Part shown: positions 45,609 through 59,243 of the stretch, in pieces
How positions within the stretch are numbered: the stretch's first letter is position 1
How the letters are laid out: each line of letters opens with the position of its first letter
Source of the DNA: Thermoanaerobaculia bacterium
Lineage (GTDB): Bacteria; Acidobacteriota; Thermoanaerobaculia; Gp7-AA8
Assembly (NCBI GenBank): GCA_035255945.1
Contig: DATEZA010000319.1
Span: forward strand, 1,606-65,605
DNA length: 64,000 bases
Reading direction: 5' to 3'
Position numbers and translations under genes: made by a program
Notes under the pieces: generated by a model
Databases searched by the model: none
The model's input: only the letters and a program-made list of their open reading frames with translations
Told to the model about the DNA's origin: nothing

Positions 45609-46168
45609 TCTGCTGTTCCACGTGGAACGTTCAATGTGACGAGGAAGTTGGATTCGCCGCGCGGCAGCCGGAAGACTTCCCCTCTCTCGAATCCACCCAA
45701 TTCCGGCACGTCCGGCGAGCCCTGGAACAGCGCCACGCGGGCGCCCCTCGCCAAATGCGGCCCGAGCGACGGTACCCACTCCTCGGGATTTCCGACTGCG
45801 CGTGAAATGACGAGGGAGAACTCCAATTCAGGTGGGAACCGCGCCAGAGCGCGCGCCAATCTATCACCGTAAACTCGCGCGTTCAATCCGCATTCACGCA
45901 CGACATGCTTCAAAAATGCCCATTTTTTCTGGTCCGCTTCGACGAGATGAAACGTGGCGGCGGGCGAAGCGATCGCCATCGGAATCGCCGGAAGACCGCC
46001 GCCGGAACCGAAGTCGAGCACGTCGCCGGACGGTTTCAGGATCTCCGCGGCGGCCAGCGCTTCGGCGATGTGATCGTCGAGATGCTCCTTCGCTTCCGGC
46101 CCGATCAGGTTGATCTTCTCGTTCCAGGTGAGGAGAAGGCGTTGATAAACGCTAATCAGCGGATTCAT
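45605..46168 (-). CDS. rsmG: 16S rRNA m7G527 methyltransferase RsmG (GidB)
   Basis: The 187-aa product has the SAM-binding motif DFGSGGGLPAIP. Confidence 0.85.
   Translation of the reverse strand: MNPLISVYQRLLLTWNEKINLIGPEAKEHLDDHIAEALAAAEILKPSGDVLDFGSGGGLPAIPMAIASPAATFHLVEADQKKWAFLKHVVRECGLNARVYGDRLARALARFPPELEFSLVISRAVGNPEEWVPSLGPHLARGARVALFQGSPDVPELGGFERGEVFRLPRGESNFLVTLNVPRGTAE
45614..45629. promoter_or_regulatory. parS-like centromere site TGTTCCACGTGGAACG, located in the last codons of rsmG and 6 nt upstream of the parA ATG
   Basis: The core GTTCCACGTGGAAC is a perfect 14-bp palindrome. The 16-mer differs from the Bacillus subtilis parS (TGTTCCACGTGAAACA) at two positions. Confidence 0.55.
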
Positions 46169-48033
46169 CGAGCTTCAACGCCGCGACGGAGGTGCAAGCG
46201 GAGGATCGCGATGGCTGCCGGCGTGACGCCCGGAATGCGACCCGCCTGTCCGAGCGACGCCGGCCGCACGTGCGACAACTTCTCCGTCATCTCGCGCGAA
46301 AGCCCGGGCAGCGAGTAAGTCATCGTCGATGGAATCCGCAGCTCTTCGTCCGCCACGAGCTTCGCCGCCTCGCGCTGCTGGCGATCGATGTAGCCGGAGT
46401 AGCGAAGGTTGCTGACGACCCCTTCCCGCTCCTCCTCGCTGAGCTCCACAAATGCCTCGCTCACCTCCGGCAGCACCTCGGCCGCTGCGGCGATGAACGC
46501 GTCGACATCGAAATCGGGCCGCTGCATGAGCTTTGCGACCGTCGCTTTTTCGCTGAGCGCGATGCCCGCAGTTGCCAGCCAGGCGATTGTTTCGCGATCC
46601 GGAGTGAGGGCGGTTTGCGCGATGGTGCGTGCCCGGTGCATGCGCGCGATCCGTGCCTCGACGCGACGCTTCCGCTCGTCGTCGAGGATGCGGAGACGCT
46701 CGGCGATCGGCGTCAGCCGCTCGTAGACGGAGTCGCAGCCGAGAAGCAGCCGGTGCTCCGCGCGGCTGGTGAACATCCGATATGGCTCTTCCGTGCCGAG
46801 GGTGACGAGATCGTCGATCATGACGCCGGCGTAGGCTTCGTCACGGCGGAGGATCAGCGGAGCTTCACCGCGCACGAACTGCAGCGCGTTGATGCCGGCG
46901 ATCAGACCCTGCGCAGCGGCTTCTTCGTATCCCGACGTACCGTTGATCTGACCGGCGAGGAAGAGACCGTCGACACCGCGCACCTGCAGCGTCGGATCGA
47001 GCTGCTCCGGGTTCACGAAGTCGTACTCGACTGCGTAGCCGTAGCGGGCGATCGTCGAGTGCTCGAAGCCGGGCAACGAACGGACGACGCCGTCCTGCAC
47101 GTCTGGCGGCAACGAGGTCGAGATGCCGTTGAGGTAGAGCCAGGGGTGCTCGAGGCCTTCCGGCTCGACGAACACCTGGTGCCGTTCTTTGTCCGCGAAT
47201 CGAACGACTTTGTCCTCGATCGACGGGCAGTAGCGCGGACCGGTGGCCTTGATCTGGCCCGAGTACATCGGCGCGCGATGAAGGTTCGCGCGGATCAGTT
47301 CGTGCGCGAAGGCCGAGGTGTACGTCAGATGACAGAGCACTTGGGGCTGCGGGAGCGTATCGGTGAGGATCGAGAACGGTCGCGGCTGCGCGTCACCGGG
47401 GGCTTCGTTCAGCTTCGAGAAGTCGACGGTATTGCGTGCGACGCGTGGAGGGGTTCCGGTCTTCAGGCGGCCGAGCTGGAGGCCGAACGCGCGGAGCGAA
47501 TCTGATAGACCTTCCGCGGACGGCTCGCCGAAGCGGCCGCCGCGAGTCTTTGCTTCGCCCGAATGCATGAGCGCGTGGAGGAAGGTGCCGGTGGTGATGA
47601 CCACGGCGTTCGATTCGAGGACGGTTCCGTCGCCGAGGGTTACACGCATGCCGCGCGAGACATCAGTCACCGAACCTTCGATGATCGTGAGGTTCGGCTC
47701 GTCTTCGAGGATCGATCGCACTGCGTTCGCGTAGAGGTCGCGATCGCATTGTGCGCGCGGTCCCTGCACCGCGGGTCCCTTGGAGCGGTTCAGCACTTTG
47801 AATTGGATGCCGGCGCGATCGGTCGCTTCGCCCATCAAGCCGCCGAGAGCGTCGATTTCCTTGACCAGGTTGCCCTTCGCCAAGCCGCCGATCGCCGGAT
47901 TGCACGACATCCGACCGATCGCGTCGCGCAGCATTGTGATCATCGCGACGCGGGCTCCGCCGCGGGCGCAGACGCGCGCGGCCTCCGCACCTGCGTGGCC
48001 GCCGCCGATCACGATCACGTCGAAACGGGTCAT
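46165..48033 (-). CDS. mnmG: tRNA uridine 5-carboxymethylaminomethyl modification enzyme MnmG (GidA)
   Basis: The 622-aa product has the FAD-binding N-terminus MTRFDVIVIGGGHAGAEAA. Confidence 0.95.
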   Translation of the reverse strand: MTRFDVIVIGGGHAGAEAARVCARGGARVAMITMLRDAIGRMSCNPAIGGLAKGNLVKEIDALGGLMGEATDRAGIQFKVLNRSKGPAVQGPRAQCDRDLYANAVRSILEDEPNLTIIEGSVTDVSRGMRVTLGDGTVLESNAVVITTGTFLHALMHSGEAKTRGGRFGEPSAEGLSDSLRAFGLQLGRLKTGTPPRVARNTVDFSKLNEAPGDAQPRPFSILTDTLPQPQVLCHLTYTSAFAHELIRANLHRAPMYSGQIKATGPRYCPSIEDKVVRFADKERHQVFVEPEGLEHPWLYLNGISTSLPPDVQDGVVRSLPGFEHSTIARYGYAVEYDFVNPEQLDPTLQVRGVDGLFLAGQINGTSGYEEAAAQGLIAGINALQFVRGEAPLILRRDEAYAGVMIDDLVTLGTEEPYRMFTSRAEHRLLLGCDSVYERLTPIAERLRILDDERKRRVEARIARMHRARTIAQTALTPDRETIAWLATAGIALSEKATVAKLMQRPDFDVDAFIAAAAEVLPEVSEAFVELSEEEREGVVSNLRYSGYIDRQQREAAKLVADEELRIPSTMTYSLPGLSREMTEKLSHVRPASLGQAGRIPGVTPAAIAILRLHLRRGVEAR

Positions 48034-48048
48034 GTTCCACGTGGAACA
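48033..48048. promoter_or_regulatory. parS-like centromere site TGTTCCACGTGGAACA, a perfect 16-bp palindrome abutting the mnmG start codon
   Basis: This is identical to the 45615-45628 core. Its first T is the last base of the mnmG start codon (CAT on the plus strand). Confidence 0.55.
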
Positions 48049-48063
48049 GACACGGCTGCGACT

Positions 48064-49374
48064 CTACTTCCCAATGCAGAATTTGTGGAATATTTCTGTA
48101 AATACGTCATCGTGTGTGATCGCGCCGGTGAGGAGTGCAAGTGCGTTCGACGCACGGTAGAGGTCGACGAGCACGAGTTGTTCATCGTGCTCATCCATCA
48201 ATGAAGTCCGCGCTGCAATCAAAGCGGACTCGGCTTCCCCGACCGCAATCCGCTGCCGGTCGTTGACGAGCACGGCCGATGCTTCCGGTGCGGCGAACTC
48301 TTCGCGCACGATCGCATCGAGTTTCGCGAGCAGCTCATCAATGCCGGTATTTGCAGGGACACTGATTCCGATCTGCCCTGCCGGCGCGGCTGCGAGATCG
48401 ATCTTCGTGTAGACGCGAACCGTCAACGTGTCGAACGACTCCGGCTCGACGGGCGCCGTCGCATCAATCAGATAAAGAATGATGTCGGCGCGCCGCGCCG
48501 CTTCGCGCGCTCGTTCGACGCCGATGCCTTCAACGACATCGTCCGACTCGCGCAAGCCCGCGGTGTCGGCGAGCGTCACCGGCAGTCCGCCGATCTCGAT
48601 CGTCTCGCGCACGATGTCGCGCGTCGTGCCGGGGATCGGCGTCACGATCGCGCGCTCGCTGCCCACCAGGCGATTCAGCAGCGTCGACTTGCCCGCGTTC
48701 GGACGACCGAGGATCACGGCGTCGAGCCCGCGGGTGGTGGCCCGGCCGCGGCGGAACGTGTCGCCAAGTTCGCGCGTCGATGCCACCGCTTCATCGATCC
48801 GGCGCAGCGCATCGTCGCGCGTGATGAACTCGTACCCTTCTTCGCTGAAATCGAGCGCCGCTTCGAGTCGCGAGATTACGTGCAGCAGCGTTTCGCGAAT
48901 CGACGATGCGGTTCGTGAGAGCGAGCCTTCGAGATTCGACAATGACAGCTTCGCCTGCAATGGCGTGCGCGCATTGATCAGATCCGCGACCGATTCCGCC
49001 TGCACGAGATCGAGCTTGCCGTTCAGCACCGCGCGCTCGGTGAACTCCCCCGGCTCCGCCATGCGCGCACCGAGATCGACCGCCGCTTCGATCACCCGCT
49101 GCACGAGAAGCGGATTGCCGTGCAGCGTCAGCTCCACGAGATCGTTACCGGTGAACGATCGCGGCGCGACGTAGCGAATCGCCACGCATTCGTCGAGCAG
49201 TTCGCCTTTGTGCTGAAGATGCACGAAGGCGGCGTGACGCTCATCCGGAAGTGTGCCGGAAAGCGATTGCAGAATTGCAGATGAAAGCGGACCGTCGATG
49301 CGGACGATCGCGAGCGCGCTGCGGCCGACCGGCGTCGCCGGAGCGACGATCGTGCCGGCCGGTACGCTGGTCAC
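48064..49374 (-). CDS. mnmE: tRNA modification GTPase MnmE (TrmE)
   Basis: The 436-aa product has G-domain motifs ([19 protein letters not shown]) and the C-terminal CIGK motif. Confidence 0.95.
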   Translation of the reverse strand: MTSVPAGTIVAPATPVGRSALAIVRIDGPLSSAILQSLSGTLPDERHAAFVHLQHKGELLDECVAIRYVAPRSFTGNDLVELTLHGNPLLVQRVIEAAVDLGARMAEPGEFTERAVLNGKLDLVQAESVADLINARTPLQAKLSLSNLEGSLSRTASSIRETLLHVISRLEAALDFSEEGYEFITRDDALRRIDEAVASTRELGDTFRRGRATTRGLDAVILGRPNAGKSTLLNRLVGSERAIVTPIPGTTRDIVRETIEIGGLPVTLADTAGLRESDDVVEGIGVERAREAARRADIILYLIDATAPVEPESFDTLTVRVYTKIDLAAAPAGQIGISVPANTGIDELLAKLDAIVREEFAAPEASAVLVNDRQRIAVGEAESALIAARTSLMDEHDEQLVLVDLYRASNALALLTGAITHDDVFTEIFHKFCIGK

Positions 49375-50255
49375 GACTCGGAAGCCGCGCGGCGGATGAT
49401 TGCCACGCGCTTGAAGAATCCTTCGCCGCGCGATTCGGTGGTCACGTCGGCGTCATCGCGCAGCGTCATGTGCACGATGCGGCGCTCGATCGGACTCATC
49501 GCCGGCAGCAGGAACTCGCGGCCGTCCTCGCGCACGCGATCCGCGATCTCGTGCGCGCGCTGCTCGAGATCTTCGACGCGGCGGCCCTTGAAGTTCTCGC
49601 AATCGAGCTCGATGTCTTTCTCGACTCTGCGTCCGGTCAGCGACTTGTTCGCCAGTACCTGCACCGCATCGAGCAGCTCGCCGTTACGATCGATCATGCG
49701 CCGGCCGTCGGAGCCGTAGAGCCGCACGTGCACCTGCGTGTCGTTTTCCTCCGTGCGAACAGCGAGGTTCAGCTTTGCGAGAGAAAGTACTTGTTCGCAC
49801 CAGGTCCGAACCGCACCCGCCGTCTCCGACTCGGGACCCTGCTCCGGAATCTCGATCGCATCCGCGAACTGCGCGAAATCGCCCGGCTGCAGCGAATCGC
49901 GATCGGCGTCTTCATCGTCGTACTCGCGGCGGCGGCGACGGCCTCCGCGTGCGGGGCGTGAATCGCGTGACGAACCGGCACGATTGCCGGAACGTCCGCC
50001 GCCAGCGCCGCGTGGTCCACGTTCGCGCCGCGGCGGCGCAGCGGGACCCGCTTCGGCGACGGCAGCAACCGGCTGCGGAGGCGGTTCCGTCGCGTTCTCG
50101 TTCACTTCCGCCTCGATGATGACGCGCTTCACGCCGCCGAGGAATCCACGTTTCTCGGTGAGCACGGCGTGACGCAGCTTGTACCGCTCCACGCCGAACG
50201 TTTCAGCGGCGTGGTTCAGCGCTTCTTCGACATTCTTTCCTTCGAATCGCTGCAT
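49371..50255 (-). CDS. jag: RNA-binding protein Jag/KhpB (KH + R3H domains)
   Basis: The 294-aa product has N-terminal Jag_N-like and C-terminal R3H-like (ERRIVHMTLRDD) regions, in the conserved position after yidC. Confidence 0.75.
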   Translation of the reverse strand: MQRFEGKNVEEALNHAAETFGVERYKLRHAVLTEKRGFLGGVKRVIIEAEVNENATEPPPQPVAAVAEAGPAAPPRRERGPRGAGGGRSGNRAGSSRDSRPARGGRRRRREYDDEDADRDSLQPGDFAQFADAIEIPEQGPESETAGAVRTWCEQVLSLAKLNLAVRTEENDTQVHVRLYGSDGRRMIDRNGELLDAVQVLANKSLTGRRVEKDIELDCENFKGRRVEDLEQRAHEIADRVREDGREFLLPAMSPIERRIVHMTLRDDADVTTESRGEGFFKRVAIIRRAASES

Positions 50256-50265
50256 CGGCTCCTCG

Positions 50266-51927
50266 TTACGAAGGCTGTTCGCTGGGATGATCTTTCCACC
50301 ATTTATTCATGATCAACTGCTGAATGATGGAAAGGATATTTTGCACGAGCCAGTAAATCACGAGACCGCTCGGCAGCTCCTTGAAGAAGAAGCCGAAGAG
50401 GAGCGGCATGATCATGAACATGCGGCGCTGCGCAGGATCGACCGTGGTCGGCGTCAGCGTCTGCTGGACGAACATCGTGATGGTCATCAGGATCGGCGTG
50501 ATGTAGTACGGATCCTTGGTCGACAGATCGTGGATCCACCAGATGAATGGCGCGCCGCGCAGCTCGATCGCGCGTGACAGCAGGCCGTAGAAGCCCCAGA
50601 AAATCGGGAGCTGCAGCACCATCGGAAGGCACCCGCCCATCGGGTTCACGCCCTCCGTCTGATACAGCTTCATTACGTCCATGTTCATCTTCTGGCGCTG
50701 CTCGGGATCCGACTTCGCCTTCTTGTACCGCGACTTGATCGCCTCGACCTTCGGCTGCAGTTTCTGCATCTTGCGCATCGAGACGATGCTCTTGTGCTGC
50801 AACGGGTAGAGCACGATTTTGATGAGGATCGTGAGGACGATGATCGCGAAGCCCCAGTTGTGGGTCCAGGTGTTGATCCATTTCAGGGCGGTGAGGAAGA
50901 AGCGCGCGATCACGCCGAACGTGCCGAATTGGAGGGTGCGCTCGAGGCCGTATTTATCGACGACGCCGGTGTCTTTCGGACCGAAGAATGCGCTGCCGGA
51001 GACGACACCGTCCGGAGTCGCGTTCAGCGCGGCGTAGAGCTCGTGGCGCTTCTCGTTCTTCGCGCCGGTTTCCTCGACGCGACTCAACACGGCGCCACTC
51101 GCCTTCTCCGGCTTGAGGACCGAAAGGAAGTAGTTGTCTTCGATGCCGATGAATTGCGTGTCGGCGCCGTACGTCGCGAACGGATCGGCCTTGTCGCGCT
51201 TGATCAGCTTGAGACTGTCGTCGCGCTGCACGACCGCATCGCCGGTGATCGTCAGCTGGCTTTGTCCTTCATCTGCTTCGAGTGTGCGAATGCCGGGGCC
51301 GATCGCGACGCGGTACGGCATCGCCGGATTCACGGCGACCGCGAAGTGGAACATGTACTCGGGACCGACGCGGAACGTCTTCGACGCCGCGACACCGTTG
51401 TTTGCGTACTTGTAATCAATGATGGTCGTCTGGCCGTCGCGCGACTCCGTCACCTGCCAGAGCGCGGCATTGAGGCGATCGGCGACCGGCCTGTTCTGCG
51501 CGACGATGGCGAACGGGTAATCGATGCGTCCCGCGGCACGCGCCTTCACCAGATCGACATGACCGCCGCTCTTCGTGCGATAGCCCTTCAACTGGAAGGA
51601 AGTCAGCTCGGCGCCGCGATTCGAGAAGACGACGATGAAGTCGGGCGTCTCGATCCGGGTGTTCTCTTCGGCACTCGCGCCGATGTTCGCAACGATGGTC
51701 GTAGCGGCAACCGCCGGTTGCGGCGCAACTGCGGGAGGCGCGGCGGGTGCCGTGGTGGTGTTCGACGTCGTAGTCGCGGCGCTCGTCGAAGTCGTGCCGG
51801 TCGTCGATGTTGCGGTGACCGGTGCTTTCTTCGGAACGAACTGTGGAAACAGCCTCGGCGCGATCAGAGAGTAGCCGTAAAGGATCGCGAACGAGAGCAG
51901 AACGGCGATGAAGATTCGTTTTTCCAT
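50266..51927 (-). CDS. yidC: Membrane protein insertase YidC
   Basis: The 553-aa product has N-terminal TM and periplasmic domains and a C-terminal 5-TM core (GGCLPMVLQLPIFWGFY). Confidence 0.9.
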   Translation of the reverse strand: MEKRIFIAVLLSFAILYGYSLIAPRLFPQFVPKKAPVTATSTTGTTSTSAATTTSNTTTAPAAPPAVAPQPAVAATTIVANIGASAEENTRIETPDFIVVFSNRGAELTSFQLKGYRTKSGGHVDLVKARAAGRIDYPFAIVAQNRPVADRLNAALWQVTESRDGQTTIIDYKYANNGVAASKTFRVGPEYMFHFAVAVNPAMPYRVAIGPGIRTLEADEGQSQLTITGDAVVQRDDSLKLIKRDKADPFATYGADTQFIGIEDNYFLSVLKPEKASGAVLSRVEETGAKNEKRHELYAALNATPDGVVSGSAFFGPKDTGVVDKYGLERTLQFGTFGVIARFFLTALKWINTWTHNWGFAIIVLTILIKIVLYPLQHKSIVSMRKMQKLQPKVEAIKSRYKKAKSDPEQRQKMNMDVMKLYQTEGVNPMGGCLPMVLQLPIFWGFYGLLSRAIELRGAPFIWWIHDLSTKDPYYITPILMTITMFVQQTLTPTTVDPAQRRMFMIMPLLFGFFFKELPSGLVIYWLVQNILSIIQQLIMNKWWKDHPSEQPS

Positions 51928-51930
51928 TCG

Positions 51931-52140
51931 TCAGGGAACGGGGTCCCAACCTCCCGGATTGAACGGGTGGCAGTGGGAGAGCCGGCGCACGCCGAGCCAT
52001 CCACCGCGGATCAATCCGTATTTTTCGATCGCCTGCATCATGTAGATCGAGCAGGTCGGCTCGAATCGGCACATCGGCGGCAGCAAAGGAGAGATGAATC
52101 GCTTGTAGAAGCGGAGCAGGAGGAGAGCGACCACACGCAT
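51931..52140 (-). CDS. yidD: Membrane protein insertion efficiency factor YidD
   Basis: The 69-aa product matches the YidD pattern: [31 protein letters not shown]. Confidence 0.85.
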   Translation of the reverse strand: MRVVALLLLRFYKRFISPLLPPMCRFEPTCSIYMMQAIEKYGLIRGGWLGVRRLSHCHPFNPGGWDPVP

Positions 52141-52150
52141 TGGGGGAGAC

Positions 52151-52516
52151 TCACTCCGCGGCGCTCATCACGACCCGGCGCAGGACTTTGGCGAGGTCTG
52201 CGCTGTAGTCGGGAAAGGTTGCGCCGGCCGCATTCGGCTTCACATTCACGACGACGTCGACCATGCGGGAGTCGAGGCCGAGCGGCTCGCGCTGCTGCCG
52301 GTAGACCTCGCGCGTCCAGCGTTTGAGACGGTTGCGGACGTTGGCTTTTCCGATTTTCTTCGTCGCGGTAATGCCGATCCGCGAATGCGGCAAGCCGTTG
52401 CCGGCGAAGAAGACGACCGCATATCGGGAAAAGATTTTTCGGCCCGTTTCGTAAACCCGAAGAAACTCGCGACGTTTCGCCAGCCTCTTCTCTTTTGGGA
52501 GGGCGGCGTCGGTCAC
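52151..52516 (-). CDS. rnpA: Ribonuclease P protein component
   Basis: The 121-aa basic protein sits in the conserved rpmH-rnpA arrangement. Confidence 0.85.
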   Translation of the reverse strand: MTDAALPKEKRLAKRREFLRVYETGRKIFSRYAVVFFAGNGLPHSRIGITATKKIGKANVRNRLKRWTREVYRQQREPLGLDSRMVDVVVNVKPNAAGATFPDYSADLAKVLRRVVMSAAE

Positions 52517-52523
52517 GAGATGA

Positions 52524-52658
52524 CTAGACCGCCAGGCGCTTGCGGCCTTTGCGGCGACGGCGCGAGAGCACCGCCTGACCGTCTTTCGTGCGCATGCGGA
52601 CGAGGAAGCCGTGCGTGCGCTTGCGGCGGCGGTTGTTCGGCTGAAAAGTTCGCTTCAT
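52524..52658 (-). CDS. rpmH: 50S ribosomal protein L34
   Basis: Manual translation of the minus strand gives [44 protein letters not shown] (44 aa). It is absent from the ORF track because it is too short. Confidence 0.9.
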   Translation of the reverse strand: MKRTFQPNNRRRKRTHGFLVRMRTKDGQAVLSRRRRKGRKRLAV

Positions 52659-52837
52659 TTAAGTAACCCCTTGAAAAGACAGCGTCAAAGAAAGCGCTGA
52701 GTATAGTCACCGCCCTCAGGATGGTCAAATTCAGGGCGGAAAGCATGCGCGCAAACTGGTCGAAACTCGACCTTATTCCAGTGATGGACAGGCGGGTTTC
52801 GCTGTCGTACACTCGCAGGCCCATCAAAAGGGCAGAG

Positions 52838-52868
52838 ATTTCCACAACTGTGGAAAACTTGTGGATTC
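52838..52868. promoter_or_regulatory. Cluster of three DnaA boxes in the dnaA promoter region
   Basis: atTTCCACA (52838-52846), TTTTCCACA (reverse strand, 52849-52857, a perfect TTWTNCACA) and gAATCCACA (reverse strand, 52860-52868). Confidence 0.7.
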
Positions 52869-52898
52869 TCAAAGAGATAGCTCCAGTCCCTCTCCCCC

Positions 52899-54206
52899 AT
52901 GAACGTCTGGAATCAGCTCCTCAGCAAGATCGAGCAAACCATTGACCGGACGGACTATGAAACGTGGTTCGCTCCGACGCGGTTTCTCGCTCGACGTGGC
53001 GATACGATCGATATCGGCATTCCGACGCAGAAGCATGTCGATGCCGTCCGCGACCGGTTCGGCTCACAAATTCGCGAGCTCCTGAACGAGCTCTCGTCGC
53101 CCGAGCGCGTGCAGGTCCACTTCGTCATCGAAGCGGCGGATGACGACCTCCCGATGATCACGCAACAGCCTCCGCGCGACGAGATGCCGTCGTCGACGTT
53201 CAACCAGCGCTACAGTTTCTCGACATTCGTCGTCGGCAGCTCGAATCAGCTCGCGTACGCCGCGGCGCTCTCGATCGCCGAAAACCCGTCCGGTTCGTTC
53301 AATCCCCTCTTTATTTATGGCGGTGCCGGCCTCGGCAAGACCCATCTGATCCAGGCGGTCGGTCAAAAGGTCCGCGAAAAAGATCCACGGAAGAAGGTCG
53401 TCTACATGTCGGCCGAAACCTTCGTGACCGATCTCATCACGTCGATCCGCTACGACCGCATGAACGCGTTCCGCGAGCGCTACCGCACGCTCGACGCGCT
53501 CCTGCTCGACGACATCCAGTTCTTTGCCGGCAAGGAGCGCACGCAGGAAGAGTTCTTCCACACGTTCAACGCGCTGCACGAAGCGCAGAAGCAGATCGTG
53601 TTCACCTCGGACGCTCAGCCGAAAGACATCCCCACGCTTGAAGAGCGCCTCCGATCACGATTCGAATGGGGCCTGATCGCAGACATTCAGGCTCCCGATC
53701 TCGAGACGAAGGTGGCGATCCTTCGCAAGAAAGCGGAAGAACGGAAGATCGATCTTCCGCAGGACGTCGCGATCTTCATCGCGGAGCGCGTGCGCTCGAA
53801 CATCCGCGAGCTCGAAGGACATCTGAACCGCGTCGCCGCGTACTCATCGCTCGCCGGTCATCCGATCACCGTCGATCTCGCGAAGGAAGCGCTGAAGGAT
53901 CTGCTGTCGAAAGAGAACAAGCCGATCACCGGACAGGAGATCCAGAAAGTCGTCGCCGCGCATTACGGCATCAAGGTCGCGGATCTGAAGTCGAAATCGA
54001 ACGCGCGGCCGATCGCGTACCCGCGCCAGGTCGCGATGTACATGTGCAAGCACCTCACCGATCTTTCGTATCCGGAGATCGGAAAGCTTTTCAACAACAA
54101 GCATCACTCGACCGTCATGTATTCGGTCGACAAGATCGATCAACTGATGCAGGACGATCCGCAGCTCGCGCGCACGATCGACATGCTCACGAAGCAGTTC
54201 CGGTAA
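52899..54206 (+). CDS. dnaA: Chromosomal replication initiator DnaA
   Basis: The 435-aa product has an AAA+ domain (GGAGLGKTHL) and the C-terminal DNA-binding signature. Confidence 0.97.
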   Translation: MNVWNQLLSKIEQTIDRTDYETWFAPTRFLARRGDTIDIGIPTQKHVDAVRDRFGSQIRELLNELSSPERVQVHFVIEAADDDLPMITQQPPRDEMPSSTFNQRYSFSTFVVGSSNQLAYAAALSIAENPSGSFNPLFIYGGAGLGKTHLIQAVGQKVREKDPRKKVVYMSAETFVTDLITSIRYDRMNAFRERYRTLDALLLDDIQFFAGKERTQEEFFHTFNALHEAQKQIVFTSDAQPKDIPTLEERLRSRFEWGLIADIQAPDLETKVAILRKKAEERKIDLPQDVAIFIAERVRSNIRELEGHLNRVAAYSSLAGHPITVDLAKEALKDLLSKENKPITGQEIQKVVAAHYGIKVADLKSKSNARPIAYPRQVAMYMCKHLTDLSYPEIGKLFNNKHHSTVMYSVDKIDQLMQDDPQLARTIDMLTKQFR

Positions 54207-54446
54207 TCCTGCGGAAAGCAGAAACGAAAACCTGCGGATGAAAAACAGCGCGGCCTCGACATGGTCCGAAACTGCGGAAAATGCTGAGCTTTTCCGGTGT
54301 TTTTCCGCGTCGAAACCCGCAGGTTCGATACGAGTAGAACTGCTATACTTTCGAAACCTTTGCAGCAAGTCCGAGCGTTTTCCGCACGGTTCTACTGCTA
54401 CTACCACAAAAGATAAATAGAGCTTAGGTTCTGAAGGAAGAAGGCA
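54207..54446. other. Candidate oriC: dnaA-dnaN intergenic region with repeated TTTTCCGCA-type DnaA-box-like motifs and an AT-rich stretch next to dnaN
   Basis: TGCGGAAA/TTTTCCGC-type 9-mers sit at 54210, 54233, 54273, 54291, 54301 and 54378. The AT-rich segment ccacaaaagataaatagagcttaggttctgaagg lies at 54404-54437. Confidence 0.5.
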
Positions 54447-55576
54447 ATGGAGCTGACAGTCGGAAAAGCTGATCTTCAGAAGGAGTTGCAGCTTTGCCAG
54501 GGGGTCGTCGAAAAGCGATCGACGATTCCAATTCTCTCGAACGTGCTGCTCAAAGCCGCCGACGGAAAGCTCCAGGTTGCAGCGACCGATCTCGACGTCA
54601 CGATCCTCACTTCCTGCTCCGCGAAGATCACTACTCCCGGCGGCGTCACGCTCGAAGCGCGCCGCTTGTTCGACATCGTGCGCAGCCTTCCGGATGACGA
54701 CGTTCACATCGCGCTCCAGGAAAACAACCAGATGCTGATCGAGTCGGGCACGGCGAAGTTCCGCCTCCTCGGTCTCCCCGCCGAGGATTACCCGACGCTG
54801 CCGACCGTGAACGTGACCGAGGGCTACACGATCCCACTCGATGAACTGAAGACGATGGTCGCGAAAGTGAAGTTCGCGATCACGCACGAAGAGACGCGTT
54901 TTCAGCTCAACGGCGCGCTGCTGAAAATGCAGCCGCAGAAGATGGAGATGGTCGCGACCGACGGCCATCGCATGGCGCTGATCAACTTCCCGTACGCCAC
55001 CGGCGGCAACGGTCGCACGAAGGGCAATGACCTCACGATCCTCATTCCGCGCAAAGCGCTCGATGAGATCCTGCGGCTCGAAGCAGGCGAAGACGGCACG
55101 GTGAAGTTCGGCGTTTCGGACAACCAGCTCTTCTTCGATGCCGCCGATCGCCGCCTGATGGCGCGCATGATCGATGTCAACTTCCCGAACTACATGGAAG
55201 TCATCTCGCGCGATAACGATCGTCACGTGATGGTCGATCGCGAGCGGCTGCTGTCGACGATCAAACGCATCTCGCTCGTCGCGAACGAGCGTACGCGCGC
55301 GGTCCGCTTCGATTTCGCGCCGGGCAAGCTGACGGTGTCGTCGACGAATCCGGAGCTCGGCGATGCACGCGAGACCGTTCCCATCGACTACGCCGGCCAG
55401 CCGTTCTTCGTCGGACTCAATGCGGCGTACGTGATGGACTTCCTCAGCGCGACCGATACGCCGAGCGTTTCGCTCGACCTGAAGGACGAGAACAGCCAGT
55501 GCATCGGGCGTCCGGCATCGACGGCGGAAGATCTGCCGTACGACTACCTCTACGTCGTGATGCCGATGCGGCTGGC

Positions 55577-55580
<4 letters not shown>
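54447..55580 (+). CDS. dnaN: DNA polymerase III beta sliding clamp
   Basis: The 377-aa product begins MELTVGKADLQKELQLCQGVVEKRSTIPILSNVLL. Confidence 0.95.
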
Positions 55581-59157
<3,577 letters not shown>

Positions 59158-59164
59158 CCCAGGT

Positions 59165-59202
59165 GTCATCCTGAGCCGCGCAGACGGCGAGGGACCCGTC
59201 AG
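59165..59202. repeat. Family-A element, left arm only (degenerate copy) in the gyrB-gyrA spacer
   Basis: gtcatcctgagccgcgcagacggcgagggacccgtcag. No matching right arm follows. Confidence 0.6.
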
Positions 59203-59243
59203 TCGAGCGGGCTGCCGTTTCAGGTCACGGACACGTTATAAAA

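Noticed and set aside
52513-52872. 119-aa ORF annotated by the track at the rpmH locus
   Set aside because: It is in the wrong frame and orientation. The true rpmH gene (44 aa, [20 protein letters not shown]...) is found by manual translation of 52524-52658 on the minus strand.
54207-54446. tRNA or other small RNA gene in the dnaA-dnaN spacer
   Set aside because: There is no cloverleaf-compatible sequence and no T-loop GTTCGAATC-type motif. The repeats are better explained as DnaA-box-like sites.
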